NCBI RefSeq assembly: GCF_000002075.1
Contig: NW_004798023.1
Location: forward strand, 158,488 to 222,487
Source of the DNA: Aplysia californica
Taxonomy: Eukaryota
Direction of reading: 5' to 3'
DNA length: 64,000 nucleotides
This document shows positions 1 to 26,797 of this stretch, one piece after another; within the stretch, counting starts at the first letter, position 1, and every line of letters starts with the position of its first letter. The translations under genes and the position numbers were made by a program. The notes beneath the pieces are model-generated. The model searched no databases. It was not told where the DNA came from and saw only the letters and a list, made by a program, of their open reading frames with translations.

Positions 1-1914
1 CATTCAGGACCATTGAACAAAGGAACCTCGTTAAACTGCCAGACCCACTGTTCCGCCAACTTTATGCTCATCCCAAGGGTAACGGTACAAGGTTTGACTG
101 TACATGTATAAAGTTAAAATCTTATGATTTGTGTTAAGTAGGCCTACTAAGTCATACCAGTCATTGATCGTGTAGATCAATACCAATTTACAAAGATGAA
201 ACACATTCAGTATCACTTGAAACCAGTAACAACAACTGAAATATATGAAAAAAAAACCAACACCAGAGAGTATAATATTCTGAATTTTATTTGTAAACAG
301 GTGTAAACATAGGTCAGCCTTTCACATCGTTTGATCCCAAGTATGAACGGAAACATTTTAAAGACATTGAAAGTAAAATAAGCTGAAGATTTAAAGTTTG
401 AGAATTCAAGCAAACATGTATAAACTGAAGGATTTCTGAACTGAATCAAAGGTATTCAAAACAGCTGGCAGCATGTCTCAATACAAAACAAACATCTTAT
501 CTTAACTCACTTGCGACTGGGCCCTTTCACCAGTCACAAGCGTTGAAGACTGGCGTTTTTGGGGGTATTTCAATAAATCACCACAACTCTCAGAATTACC
601 CTATTGTAATCATTTTTTGACACAGTAAAGTAACATTCAAGCTTAATCTAATACAAAAAACTAAAGTTGTCTAAGTCTAATACTTTAATTTGTATGATTT
701 TTTAAAAATTGGCATGAATTTGATTTTCCGAAAAATTTCCAGAGAAGTGACAAGTAGAATGAAATTCACTGCAACAACAAAAATAAAAGTTCAAAGTGTT
801 CTGGTTTGATTTGTATACATGTGCCAGTGTTTGGTGAAAATATAAAAGCTGGTCTGTGCATTGATTCAGACCCATACACTGAATTACATGAGACAGATGT
901 ACGGCACGACGTTGTGATTTCGTTGCGCGAAAAACAACACCGGTACTAGTGCTAAATCTAGCCCTAGAATTACGACTCGGGCCGTGTTCGGGTAGGGCCT
1001 ACATATCCAGGATCCTAACAATTAGACACATCATATTCTGAGACACTAGAACTAGTAAAACGCACAGAAGTATAGAAAACGGCTAAATTATGTGATTCTT
1101 GTTCATGCGACTTCTTCGACCGTTACTACGATGCGACTGTCGGATTACTATCAGCTGTATAGAAAAAAACAAAGCGCGAGTTCCGGTCTGTTCAACCCCA
1201 GTTGGGGCCACTGTCCTTCGCCTTCAATAACTTAAAAACTACCGGCCCCTGAGATACGAAATGAAGTCTAAGTAGCTCAGGCTTGGCCAAACAAGGGTAC
1301 GAGGCGGGTCTCGCGATCCGTGCGTGATTTGTAGAGCGAAAAAAAAATTCCAAAGTTGGTCACGCAGGGCTTGTGAGACCCGTCGCGAGCGTCGCGGCGG
1401 GGGTCACGCAACTGTTGTGTGACCCGTCTGAAGTGAGTTAATATGATTTACTGGTACTTGATATAAATGCATGATGGACCTAAAGCCTTAGACTTAGAGG
1501 TGCACTTACAATTTGCAACTAAAGACTAAAGTACCGGTACAGAAACAGAAACTCTGTTCATGACAACCATTATGAAAATAATGTTGGGCAGAAAGTTGAG
1601 AAAGAAAAGAACAGTGTCAAGGAAAGCAGAAACACATTAGGACAAATCATTTTCGTTCAGTAGCATGGCATATATCATATATAGTCCAAAAGCTGACGAA
1701 CAAAAACATAAATGAAAGACAAAAAAATAAACTGCATTCAAAAGAGGCAGTCTCCAGCCTGGACCACAAAAGAAAAGGGCATTTTTGACATCACATACAA
1801 CAAGTTAATCCAAAATCAACATACATAAAGCTTTTCTAAAAATTCAACATAAATAATACCTGAATAATATTTCTATATTAATACAACAAGATATGTTAAA
1901 ATTCACACACATGG

Positions 1915-2093
1915 TCAACTTGTCTGCTCTGTTTTTTCTTTTATCCATGAATCCAATATTTTGTCCATTCCTTCAAACTTGTAGTAAGCTTCAAACTTTT
2001 TCCCATTTAGCATGTGGGGAAACCAGTACTCGTCATCTGGCCACATCTCACCAAAAGGAACCTCCTTTTCACCATACCACTGAGGTCTCATTT
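1915..2093 (-). CDS. NUDT1: NUDT1 last coding exon (EMRPQWY...[10 protein letters not shown]...QTS*)
   Basis: actccag acceptor, TGA at 1917-1915. Confidence 0.95.
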
Positions 2094-5000
2094 CTGGAGT
2101 AAAAAACCAAACATCAATTTAATTATGTAACAATGAAACAGAGAGTACAATATACCAGATTTTTATCGTGCAACTTGAACTCACAATTTTCAAAGAACTG
2201 CAAGCTGATCATGAAATGTTAAAAGGGGCATTACTGCACTGGAACATATGAAGTGGGCAACTAAAATTGTGAAGGCAGCCAATTGTGAATTCAAAACATT
2301 TTTGGGAAAGACGAAATGGGCAAAACATTTTTTAAAAGAGTGCACGAAAAAACCCCAGTGTACATTACATAAGATACCTCATGCACTGTTTACATTCTAT
2401 CAAAGGTTACTCTAACAGAAAATTAAAACTGGCGTCTATGGTGTAGGGGTTAGGTGTTCCACCATTGCAAACAGAGGATTCAAGTATAATTCCCAAATGG
2501 GTAGAATTTTCATTGAATGTCTCTGTCTTGCTGCTGGGATGTTGTATCCCTCAGCCCTGGTTGGCCCTGACTGGAAGGGTCAAAGCAGCCCAAATCCTAA
2601 ATGATCTAAATAGTGTCAATCAGAGTATAAAACTTCTACGAGTCACAATCATAAGGTGCCAGATCTGAAAAAGACATCTGTGATCAGGAATCACGGTTTT
2701 TCAATTCACTTCTCTGCCTGGATGCTCCCATAAAATTTATACATTATCCTGGTGTTTCCACATCACCCATCTGTTCGAATTTTTCAAATAAGTTTCTGTG
2801 GGTCTACCCTTTCCTTCCTTGCTTTCTATTTTTCCAGTGAGAGCAAAGCCTTTATATGTCGATTCAAGTGTCCTAGAGAAATTGCATTGTCACTTCCTAA
2901 ATGCTCTTCTCAGTGAGCGGGCCATGTGTGCATCTTTCTTCTATAATTACAAATATATATATGTATTTTACGAAAATCAAAGATGAGGAGCAAGCACAAG
3001 ATTTAGGGGAAAATTGACTTTGACTTTTGCATTGCCAAGATGGATGAGATCTATACTAATTGTGAAGTTTTACAAGCTACGGGTTGATGAGTTGGAAGGA
3101 ATAGAAAGCTGACTGACTGAAAGGAACGATACTCTATTGAAAACACTGTCAAAATCAAGATTTATAAGTACATGTTATATCAAAGACGGTACACTACAAG
3201 ATGGTAGGCCTATACAGTCTAGAAAAAGCTTCCTAAAAAATCTATGCTCGTCTTTGAAAATCTAAAAAAAAAAAATGTCTTCATTCGTGTCTTTAATGGA
3301 AATTCTTTATGAACTATCTTAGCTCCTACCCTTTGTGCGCTGTTTTTAAAAAATAAGCTATAATACAGACATACCACCGTGCGTAATTTTTAGGGGTTTC
3401 CCCCCCACTATCAGTATCACAAATAAATACAGGAGGGAACCAGTAGAAAATTATCTTTAGTAACACTAATTAACCAACACAAAAACATATTTTGTTTCCA
3501 ATAAATCAAGCCAATCAGGGAATAAACNNNNNNNNNNNNNNNNNNNNNNNNNNNNNNNNNNNNNNNNNNNNNNNNNNNNNNNNNNNNNNNNNNNNNNNNN
3601 NNNNNNNNNNNNNNNNNNNNNNNNNNNNNNNNNNNNNNNNNNNNNNNNNNNNNNNNNNNNNNNNNNNNNNNNNNNNNNNNNNNNNNNNNNNNNNNNNNNN
3701 NNNNNNNNNNNNNNNNNNNNNNNNNNNNNNNNNNNNNNNNNNNNNNNNNNNNNNNNNNNNNNNNNNNNNNNNNNNNNNNNNNNNNNNNNNNNNNNNNNNN
3801 NNNNNNNNNNNNNNNNNNNNNNNNTATCTCTGTGGCGCAGTTTCAATAGAGTGGAGCCATAAATGTGGACAACAATAAATTAAATCACCATGATCATAGT
3901 TTTATACCGATTCCTACTTCTAGTCTCTACGTTCAGTCTTTTGTTTTTGTAAATTGTTTACACCGCTCCCAACTTAACTGCATAAGGTCATACGAGCGCG
4001 CGGGACACATTAAACATTTTCAGTTTGGTAGGAATTAATTTTGAATTTTGCCCATGTGGCGGCCGAAGCCTACTCTTATTAATTTTGGACCACCAAAGAA
4101 TCTTTAGGTGTGCAACGTGGACACGAGATCTCCGAGATTTTTTCGTCCTTTTATCCGAGAGAGCTAAGTGTTAGATCTTACATACTAACCATAAGGTCAG
4201 GAGTGAGGCTGAAAGTCAGCAAGGAGCCAAGGAGTAGAAGTAGAAAGGCTGCAGAAAGTGTCAGGAGCCCAGAGGAAGGGCCAAAGGGTGGTAGGGGACA
4301 GAAAGTGGAGACAAAAGCAGACAACAGAACATAGAGATCAGGAAAAAGGTGAAAGAAGAACATTTTAGAGAAGAATTTTTTCCGTCCCTGTCGGGTTCCA
4401 AACTTGGGACCTATTGAACAAGAGGCAAACACCGCAACCTCTAGACCACGAGAGCCTCCTACCTTCAGTCTCTACTGGACTGTTCATGTAGTCCCATGTG
4501 TCAAATACATGAACCTCCAGGATAACAGGGTCACCAACAAATTCAAAGTTAATGAGTCCAACTTCATTCAGAGACTTGGCTGTGACACCACATTCTTCCA
4601 GCAGTTCTCTGAAAACAAAATTGAAAAAAAAAAAAAAGAAAAAAAAAGAAGAAGGAAATTCAACATTTTTGGGGGCTTTTACTTTACATATTTAAATGAA
4701 GTACATATCAGCATACTGACTAAACTAATAACACACTTCCGAGCAGAAAGCTAGCAGCTGTTTTCGAGTAAACATCTGTGTGGGAAATGGTGGTGGTGGT
4801 GGTGGCGGGGGGTGTTGAGAATGTATGGGTACCTATGAAAAAAGAGGAGGAGGGAGGGGGAGAGGGAAAGGATGATTGCTGTTGCTAAGCTTTTAGTCTA
4901 CGGTTTGTGCATGAGATAGACTCACATTATCATGTGTGACATCATCTAAAAGCAGAGATGTCCGCCTCCGCCTCTCAGTCTCATCAACTCTCTCAAATAT

Positions 5001-6400
5001 GTGCATGAAAAACCTCTTTGAGTATTACGGCAAGTGTTCAACGGTCAATGTGGTTTGTTCACACTTCTCTTGTAGCTGGGTTAAGACAAAATGTGCCTAG
5101 ATTTTGACTTAGTTAAAGTTTTTTTGTTCAATTGTTCGGGGTTTCTACGAAAATGGTCAAAGTTATCAGGACGTCCGGATAGCCAAGGTCCTGTTATGAT
5201 GATATACTGAACGAATCTAGTCTTGACAGGATAAGCATCCAACAAACTGCTGGCTGGTGTAGTGCAGTTGACCAGTTGGGAACAAACTCACAAATATGGA
5301 TGAAGCTAAAAGTTTGAATTACCAGTGTGTCCTTCAAGGAATATTTCTTCTTTAGCAAAGTACTGTATATATTGAATAAAAGCTCTACCATCAAAATAAA
5401 ATGTCCTGTGTCTAGAAAAGCATTAAATTAAACCTAAACTCAGAGAAACACTAAGAGAAGCAGTCATACAGAGGTAGGGGATGGGGTGGGGTGGGGGGAT
5501 AAATGTTCAAGGCGTTATATGTTATTGTTAGTAGAGATGCAAATGAATCACCATCATTACGGTACACCTCCCCCCCCACCCACTCACACACACTTCTGAA
5601 CAGTGAAAGGTTAGACACAGATCTACCCAATGAGTTGCATGCTGGTCTGTTGAGTGTTGAGCCAAATGTTGAGGGGGGGGCGGCTATACACAGCAATGCA
5701 ACTTGCTTTGCAAACAATACATCAGTGGGTATATATTATATATCTATTTGACAGAGGCATGAGCATGTATTTGAATGAATCTGCCTTCTTACCCTTCATT
5801 TTCAACATTAGCCACAGCCTAGAGAGCACATCAATGAAAAGAAAAGGCCACCTGTTCAGATCCAAACTACCTGTGGCACTCAATAGCTAAGCTTACAACG
5901 TTTGTCCCAGAAACCTTCAAACAGCAGCAAAGGGACGAAAATGACTTTTGTTTGGGGTGAATCCAGCAATACCCCAAGCTCTCTGTCAACTTTTAAAAAC
6001 CATGAATGAAATGATAAGAGCAGCCATAGACCAAGAAATGCACAACTGAACAGAAGATGAAAACAGTACTTGAAGATGTTGATGAAGCACTTCTATCAAA
6101 TACTGATGTGGTTCACGCTAAAAGATTAAAAAGTTATATTGATCAGGGGCTGTGCCAAGGGAAGCATCCACTCATGAATAGAAAAGGTATTATGATACAA
6201 CAGACAATAATATAATAAAGAGTAAGAGAAAATGAAACAGAATCAAACCTCTTTGCACCATCTGTGATGGATTCTCCCTTTTCAACTTTTCCTCCAAAGC
6301 CATTCCATCGACCTTGACCAAATCCTCTCTTTTTCATTCCAAGTAATATCCTCCCAGGTTCTCGTACAAAGACAAGAGTTAACACCTTCTTCATGGCCAT
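1915..6400 (-). CDS. NUDT1: Oxidized purine nucleoside triphosphate hydrolase (MTH1, Nudix); join(6400-6249, 4608-4463, 2093-1915), 158 aa
   Basis: Spliced ORF of 152+146+179 nt with GT-AG introns. [25 protein letters not shown], Nudix box completed by [10 protein letters not shown], and [10 protein letters not shown] match MTH1. Confidence 0.96.
3528..3824. other. Assembly gap (297 N) in a NUDT1 intron
   Basis: Run of N. Confidence 1.
3955..4460 (-). mobile_element. tRNA-derived SINE, copy 1
   Basis: Head AGGAGGCTCTCGTGGTCTAGAGG (A box), decayed B box; collinear with the 52263-54660 copy; shared 3' stem-loop tail. Confidence 0.85.
4463..4608 (-). CDS. NUDT1: NUDT1 coding exon 2 ([35 protein letters not shown]...VETE)
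   Basis: ttttgttttcag acceptor, G/GTAGGA donor, 146 nt, frame-consistent. Confidence 0.95.
6249..6400 (-). CDS. NUDT1: NUDT1 coding exon 1 ([10 protein letters not shown]...DGAKR)
   Basis: Acceptor cag immediately before ATG at 6400; donor AG/GTTTGA; phase 2. Implies an upstream exon. Confidence 0.95.
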
Positions 6401-6639
6401 CTGTAATTCAAAAGGAGTATCATTCCCCATTAAAAATTTAGAAGGAAAAAGCGCAGCAGGATCTTGTACAACAAAATAGTAAAAACAGAAGGGCAGGCCA
6501 TAGTGAGAAGTGTACCAGTTTTTAAATGTATCATTTCAGTTGTTCTTCATCTTCTAGTGCCAGGTCTGAAATAACATTGGCAATCATATCCAACCATTCA
6601 TTTCTGCTTTAAAAAAAAATCTCTATATATATCTCTATA

Positions 6640-7433
6640 CAGTCAAACCTGCCCTGACGGCCACCTCTATAAGACGACCACCTGTACAAACGGCCACTTT
6701 CCATTTCCCCCCTTGCGTTTTTTCGATATAAAATTTAACTGTGTAAAACGGGCACCTGTCCAACACCACACCGTATTTTACACACAACCCCTATCACACC
6801 AAGCAATAACACCTATCTTAGACGGTCACCTTCGTGACTCCATTACATTTTGTCATAAATCATGCATTGGCCCCTGGCGTTGTGGGCAAGCCATCATAAT
6901 TCAATCACATGTCGTTATAATTGTAAGGTAGTCCCTCCAACTGATCATGTTGCGTAGGCCCCTCCCACTGTTGACCAATAGAGGTAACAAATGTTCCGCT
7001 GCTGGTGACGTAAGGGTGTGATCCCTCACAACCCATAAGCCCCGCCCAAAACTCATACACAAATCGTGAGATGAATGGTCACTGTTTACCCAGTCTGTAA
7101 CAAAGTAACAGTGGACGTCAACGTGAACTTGTGACAGAAGCGTCGCTTGTTCTCCGAGTGGTGGCGACCCATGTGTTTGTTTTACCATAGCACGATCAGT
7201 CCTCCTTGTCTGACACATTTCATTTTATTGTCACCCTTGCACAAAAGCAGCAACAAAAGAAAGAAAAAACCCAGCGAAAACAACAACAACAATGCGGCTA
7301 CCTTCTGTTGAGAACTCAGAAAGGAATGTTTTTTTTAAAATCTTGATCAGTCCTGCCTAAGATGGCCACCTGTCTATTTATGCGGCCACTTTTCTCAATG
7401 ACAATGGGTGGCCGTCTTACACAGGTCTGACTA
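6640..7433. mobile_element. Tc1/pogo-like MITE
   Basis: TA-CAGTCAAACCTG...GACGGCCACC at left and GGTGGCCGTC...CAGGTCTGACT at right; a related TIR end lies near 89-102. Confidence 0.75.
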
Positions 7434-7850
7434 ATATTATAATAAGTGAAAGTTCATCACTTTGGTTGCCTAAAACTTCTGAACCACTTAACTCGAATTT
7501 GAAAAAATTAATGGTGGTTCAGAATTATTAAAAGGGTGAACAGTATTAAAGTGAAAAGAAGAGTATGAAGTCACTGTAGTTTAATTTTCAGTTTTTCATT
7601 AGTTTCGTTTAAATCTAATCTTGGGAAAGTCCATCTTCTAAGACATCATTGCAAACAAGTGAGGCTTCTAAAAATATTTCCATTCACAAGCAGTGCACAC
7701 TGATTCCACAATGACTTGACGATCGATTCTTTTGAGTCCATTCATTGAACAGGTACCCAGCTTAGATCAGTCTTTTCTCATCACCCATCTGTTCTGAAAC
7801 TGAAAGTTCAAAGTTACTCTTGTACTCTGACTTTGTTGCCTTTTTTATGT

Positions 7851-7855
<5 letters not shown>

Positions 7856-7881
<26 letters not shown>
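7856..7881. repeat. (TA)n microsatellite
   Basis: Direct observation. Confidence 0.95.
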
Positions 7882-7883
<2 letters not shown>

Positions 7884-8024
7884 GTGAATTGGTTTCAGAA
7901 AAATGGAACCTGCAGGGGTTACCTCTCTACAGTTTGGTTAGCTGTACTAACGGCCTGTGTTCTGTAAAAACCTTGAGTTTTTCCAACATATTTATGCTGT
8001 CCATTATAATATATAAACGAAGTG

Positions 8025-8779
8025 ACTATTTCTCCGAACGTTCGGAGAAATAGTGCCGATCTTTATTTCTCCGAACGGTTTTCGGCTTCCGGTCTCGTGA
8101 TTTTTTGCCTATTTATTGCGAGAGTTCGGCGCCAACTTTCATTCTGCCTCTGCCTCTGGTCTGGGAAGGAACACGTACCGCATGGCAAGCCCGCCTACAG
8201 ACAACCTTCAGTAACACCCACCACACACCCACCACCATCATGCACATGTACACACACTAACTAAACATAACTAGTGGGCAACTTTTGAACGTATGACGAG
8301 CTGAACTGTGGATGGAGAGACAGTGTGAGTGAAAGAGCGGGTGAAAGGAAGAATGTGCGAGTGTATCCACAGGCGACAGCAACTAAAAGACGACGACACT
8401 GACCACCCCTGGCCTGGTCCACAGCTCACGAACAAAAGGAATGCAGCTCAGGCGGTGTTTTGCCTATATTATTGTCCATGGTTCGCAGGGAACAAGTGAG
8501 ATTTTCTTTGTGTGTGCCTGGAGGGATGGGGTGGGGTATGAAAGTCATGCGGACGGGGATGAGCCGCGGGAGAGAACACGGGAATTGAATGAAAGAGTGA
8601 AACTGAAAGAGACGAATGACTCATGAGTCCTGGAGTGAATGGATCCTGTGTTTCTATTTTTGTATACTTTGAACTGTTACTGAAAAAAGGCTGAAATAAA
8701 GCCCGAAAAACAAACAAACACACACACACACTCCTCACTCTCCACTTACTACCACACACAGACACACTCAAACACTCAC

Positions 8780-8818
<39 letters not shown>

Positions 8819-9554
8819 AGCAAATTTTTGGGTCTATATCTATTTAAATTTTCAACAGCTAGTCTAGATGAGATTTTTAGATGAGTGTAAAAACGTGAAA
8901 AAGAAAGGTTTCATAACAGAAAGAAATCAAAATTAGAACAGCCCATAAACAACAACAAACATTAACAAATAAGGGCGTGTGTCCACCTGTCCGAAGAAGA
9001 TTGGCAGTTTTAACCCTAAATGTGCGTAATTTTTTAAAAAAAGTACAGGATATTACATGTAAATTATGGAATCACACACATTAAGGGGCTTGCCAGTGTC
9101 AGTACATTGGTCGCAGCAGTGACAAACGCAGATGCCAGTTCTATGTGTAGTTATCAATAACCCTCCGTAGATCTAGATCTAGACAGCACACGAGTGAACA
9201 CAACACATTACGTTTAAAAGCAGCACCTTTCATAGGCAACACGTCATATCTATAGCGAAAAACTGTTTGGAATTGTAGCATTTCTTTATATAAATATTTA
9301 CGGCGGACATTTTTTGGACCGATTGAACCATATTGTATACGAACAATCTTTGGTAGGCCCATACTATAATTATAGATCTATATAATATCCGAAATTTGGG
9401 GGAAAGGATGATATTTCAGAGTGTTCGGAGAAATAGTGCCCAGCTTTATTTTCCTGAACGTTCAGAGAAATAGTGCCCAGCTTTATTTTCCCGAACGTTC
9501 GGAGAAATAGTGCCCAGCTTTATTTTCCCGAACGTTCGGAGAAATAGTGCCATA
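8025..9554. mobile_element. Foldback-like element bounded by palindromic repeat arrays
   Basis: Perfect 30-bp palindrome 8025-8054 and related 37-bp hairpin units x3.5 at 9423-9550; internal (CA)n. Confidence 0.6.
8718..8816. repeat. (CA)n microsatellite
   Basis: Direct observation. Confidence 0.95.
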
Positions 9555-10244
9555 TGGTCCCTATCCAAAGAGGCCCTGGTTAGTCATTTTAGTGACAAGT
9601 CGGCTTCATCAATATTATAAGGAACCAGCTGGGCTTCTGCAGGGGCAGTAGGCCTACCTACTAAACAAGAGGAGGCATGGGCAGGATTTCGTGTAGTAGT
9701 TAGTGTAGTTGTGTTTACCCAGGCCAATGATGTGCAAGTGTCCAAAGAACTGAGAACACTGATGCTGCTCACACCTTAAAGGACTGATAGTCATAAAACA
9801 TTGCTTTTGAAGTCAGTACTTCACGTAGTTATATGCCACTAATGACAGGCAGAGTGGTATCTGTCTCACAGTGGCCACACTAATTTTTTTTTGCTCATTT
9901 GTTTTCTCTTGTTAAATCGAAAGTTGTTGGCAGGCGGCTGGCAGGCTACTTTCTTTTTCGATTTTTACGTTTCTCTTTTATTAAGAATTTTACTTTTACG
10001 AATCTAACACAAGATGGCTTTTATTTACTTACTGTCAATGAGTTAGTTATTAAAACAATTATGCATCAAATCTAAAACATAGATTATTATCTCTTGATTC
10101 TGAGTCTGTTACAATTACTGATGACTGATGACTTGATGACATTAATTTGTCTCGAAGCGCTTTTTCATTTTCTTGATGCCTTTCTTTCTTGATTTCTTCC
10201 GTGGAGAGAGCTCTTTCCATACTCTCGATCCATGCGCTGGGAGG

Positions 10245-10299
10245 ATGAAGATTTCCGGTTCTTTCCGGAAGTGAACAAACACTAGATCCTCTGGTCAAG
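10245..10299. promoter_or_regulatory. Putative bidirectional promoter with tandem ETS/GABP-type sites
   Basis: ATTTCCGGT 10251-10259 and CCGGAAGTG 10265-10273 just upstream of the GPS1 ATG; NUDT1 is divergent. Confidence 0.55.
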
Positions 10300-25168
<14,869 letters not shown>

Positions 25169-25477
25169 ACTTGTACAGGAGAGTTGTGTATGCAGTGTGT
25201 TCTGCCCCCCCATCGTCTCTCGACCCAAGCTGCCTGTTCACTCATCGTTTTTCTTTCCAGTGTGCGAGACAAAGCCTGCTGTGTACTTGAGCTTTTTTTT
25301 TTTTTTTTTTCAAAATTTGACAAATCTCATGCCTATGACTTAGAATTTGTGTGTGTGTGGTTACATATTACATGTGTGTGTGTCGGTGTGAAAGAGCTTG
25401 GGTAAAGTATCTTTGCTAACATGTGTTTGGGTGAGAGACAGATGAGCATCTATGCTTGTGTGTGTATGTATGCGTGA

Positions 25478-25480
25478 GAG

Positions 25481-25534
<54 letters not shown>
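25478..25534. repeat. (TG)n microsatellite in GPS1 3' UTR
   Basis: Direct observation. Confidence 0.95.
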
Positions 25535-25539
<5 letters not shown>

Positions 25540-26662
25540 TAGGAAAATAACCCAGTTGCTTGTGTGTGTGTGCTCTTGTGGAAATGCAACGATTTTTGAT
25601 CACTGTTGAAGAAAAAGTGCGTATTAACCCTGTGTGTGTGTGTTTAGAGTTTGAGATGTATGAAATCATTCCTGTTGTACTGTTCAGTTTGATCATTTTT
25701 GGACGTTGCGAAGACGCTCTGGCTCAGAATATGATTGTAGATGGTTTGTGAAGAGTTCCTTTAGCATCAGAGAATCGGATGGTTGGGAGTAATGTTATTT
25801 ATATTATGTTCATTAGGGTTACTTCCATTCATTCTTTTATGGGCATGTTTCAAGAAGAGACATTGTTAAATAGCATAAGTTCATTCTATTGAGTTTGCTT
25901 TTTTCATGTTATAGTGAATGTGATTTAAACTATTGTATTTTGTTGAAAGAATCGTTAAGTTGTCACTGGGCTCTATGCTATATGGTTTATTCTAGTTAAA
26001 GACAAATACCTTCTCCCCCCCCCCCCCCCCCAACTCTATCTTAAATTCTTGTAAATCATCATATAGAGTTTTTGGATATTCATTGTTAAAGTACTATAGT
26101 TACAACAATATTGCTTCTTATCAAGTAACTTTAATTGTTACTCCCTAGTTGGTCATTTGAGATTTATTGAGCTTTTTTACTTATACTTGAACACTATTGG
26201 AGAGGGTTCAGAAAGGCACTCAGTTTCAAAAACCGCGTGTTTTGTTCTAATAATATCATGTACTGGCGTGTTAACTGTCTGAAGTTTACAGTCTTGTTGA
26301 CTTCCAATAGTTTTTGCGACACTGCAGATTCAAGATAGTTTTTCAAATGTGTTTGAGCTCGGTACAAGTACAAGGAGAATTTTATACATCTCAGAGGTGC
26401 TTATCAGCTTTTCCTTTTGTTCTGACTTTCTGTGTCATTAAAAAATAGCTTTCTGGTTGAAGCTTTGTGAAGGGATTTCACTGTTTGGGACGCCAGTGGA
26501 ATGTGAATGTTTGCCTTGTAGAATAATTCACTCCGTTTCAGCAGGGATTTGATATTATGGTTAGTCTGGAGCATTAGTTAGTGTCTTTTGTCTGCCTGTA
26601 GATGGGTGGAAGTGCAGCATGACCTGACAGTTTGTGGATTTTCCATCTGTACCCATTCCGTT

Positions 26663-26797
26663 GTATGCTTCCTTGGAAGCTGAGAATGTTTCGGAGTGTT
26701 CTATGGTCTGCTGGGGTAATAATATAGTGTAAAGCGCATAGAGCCTGCTGTTGAGCGGGGATATCCGCTATACAAATGCTATCTATTATTATTATTA
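26663..26797 (+). mobile_element. Second copy of the (TTA)n-tailed element, in the likely GPS1 3' UTR
   Basis: Near identity to 17777-17914. Confidence 0.8.

Noticed and set aside
1900-1917. TGA-C stop-codon readthrough context in NUDT1
   Set aside because: Not the TGA-CTAG motif, and the next in-frame stop is four codons later
3466-3878. Long ORFs on both strands
   Set aside because: Artifacts of the N gap
9423-9550. 37-bp palindromic repeats resembling CRISPR repeats
   Set aside because: Units are directly adjacent with no unique spacers, there are no cas genes, and the context is eukaryotic
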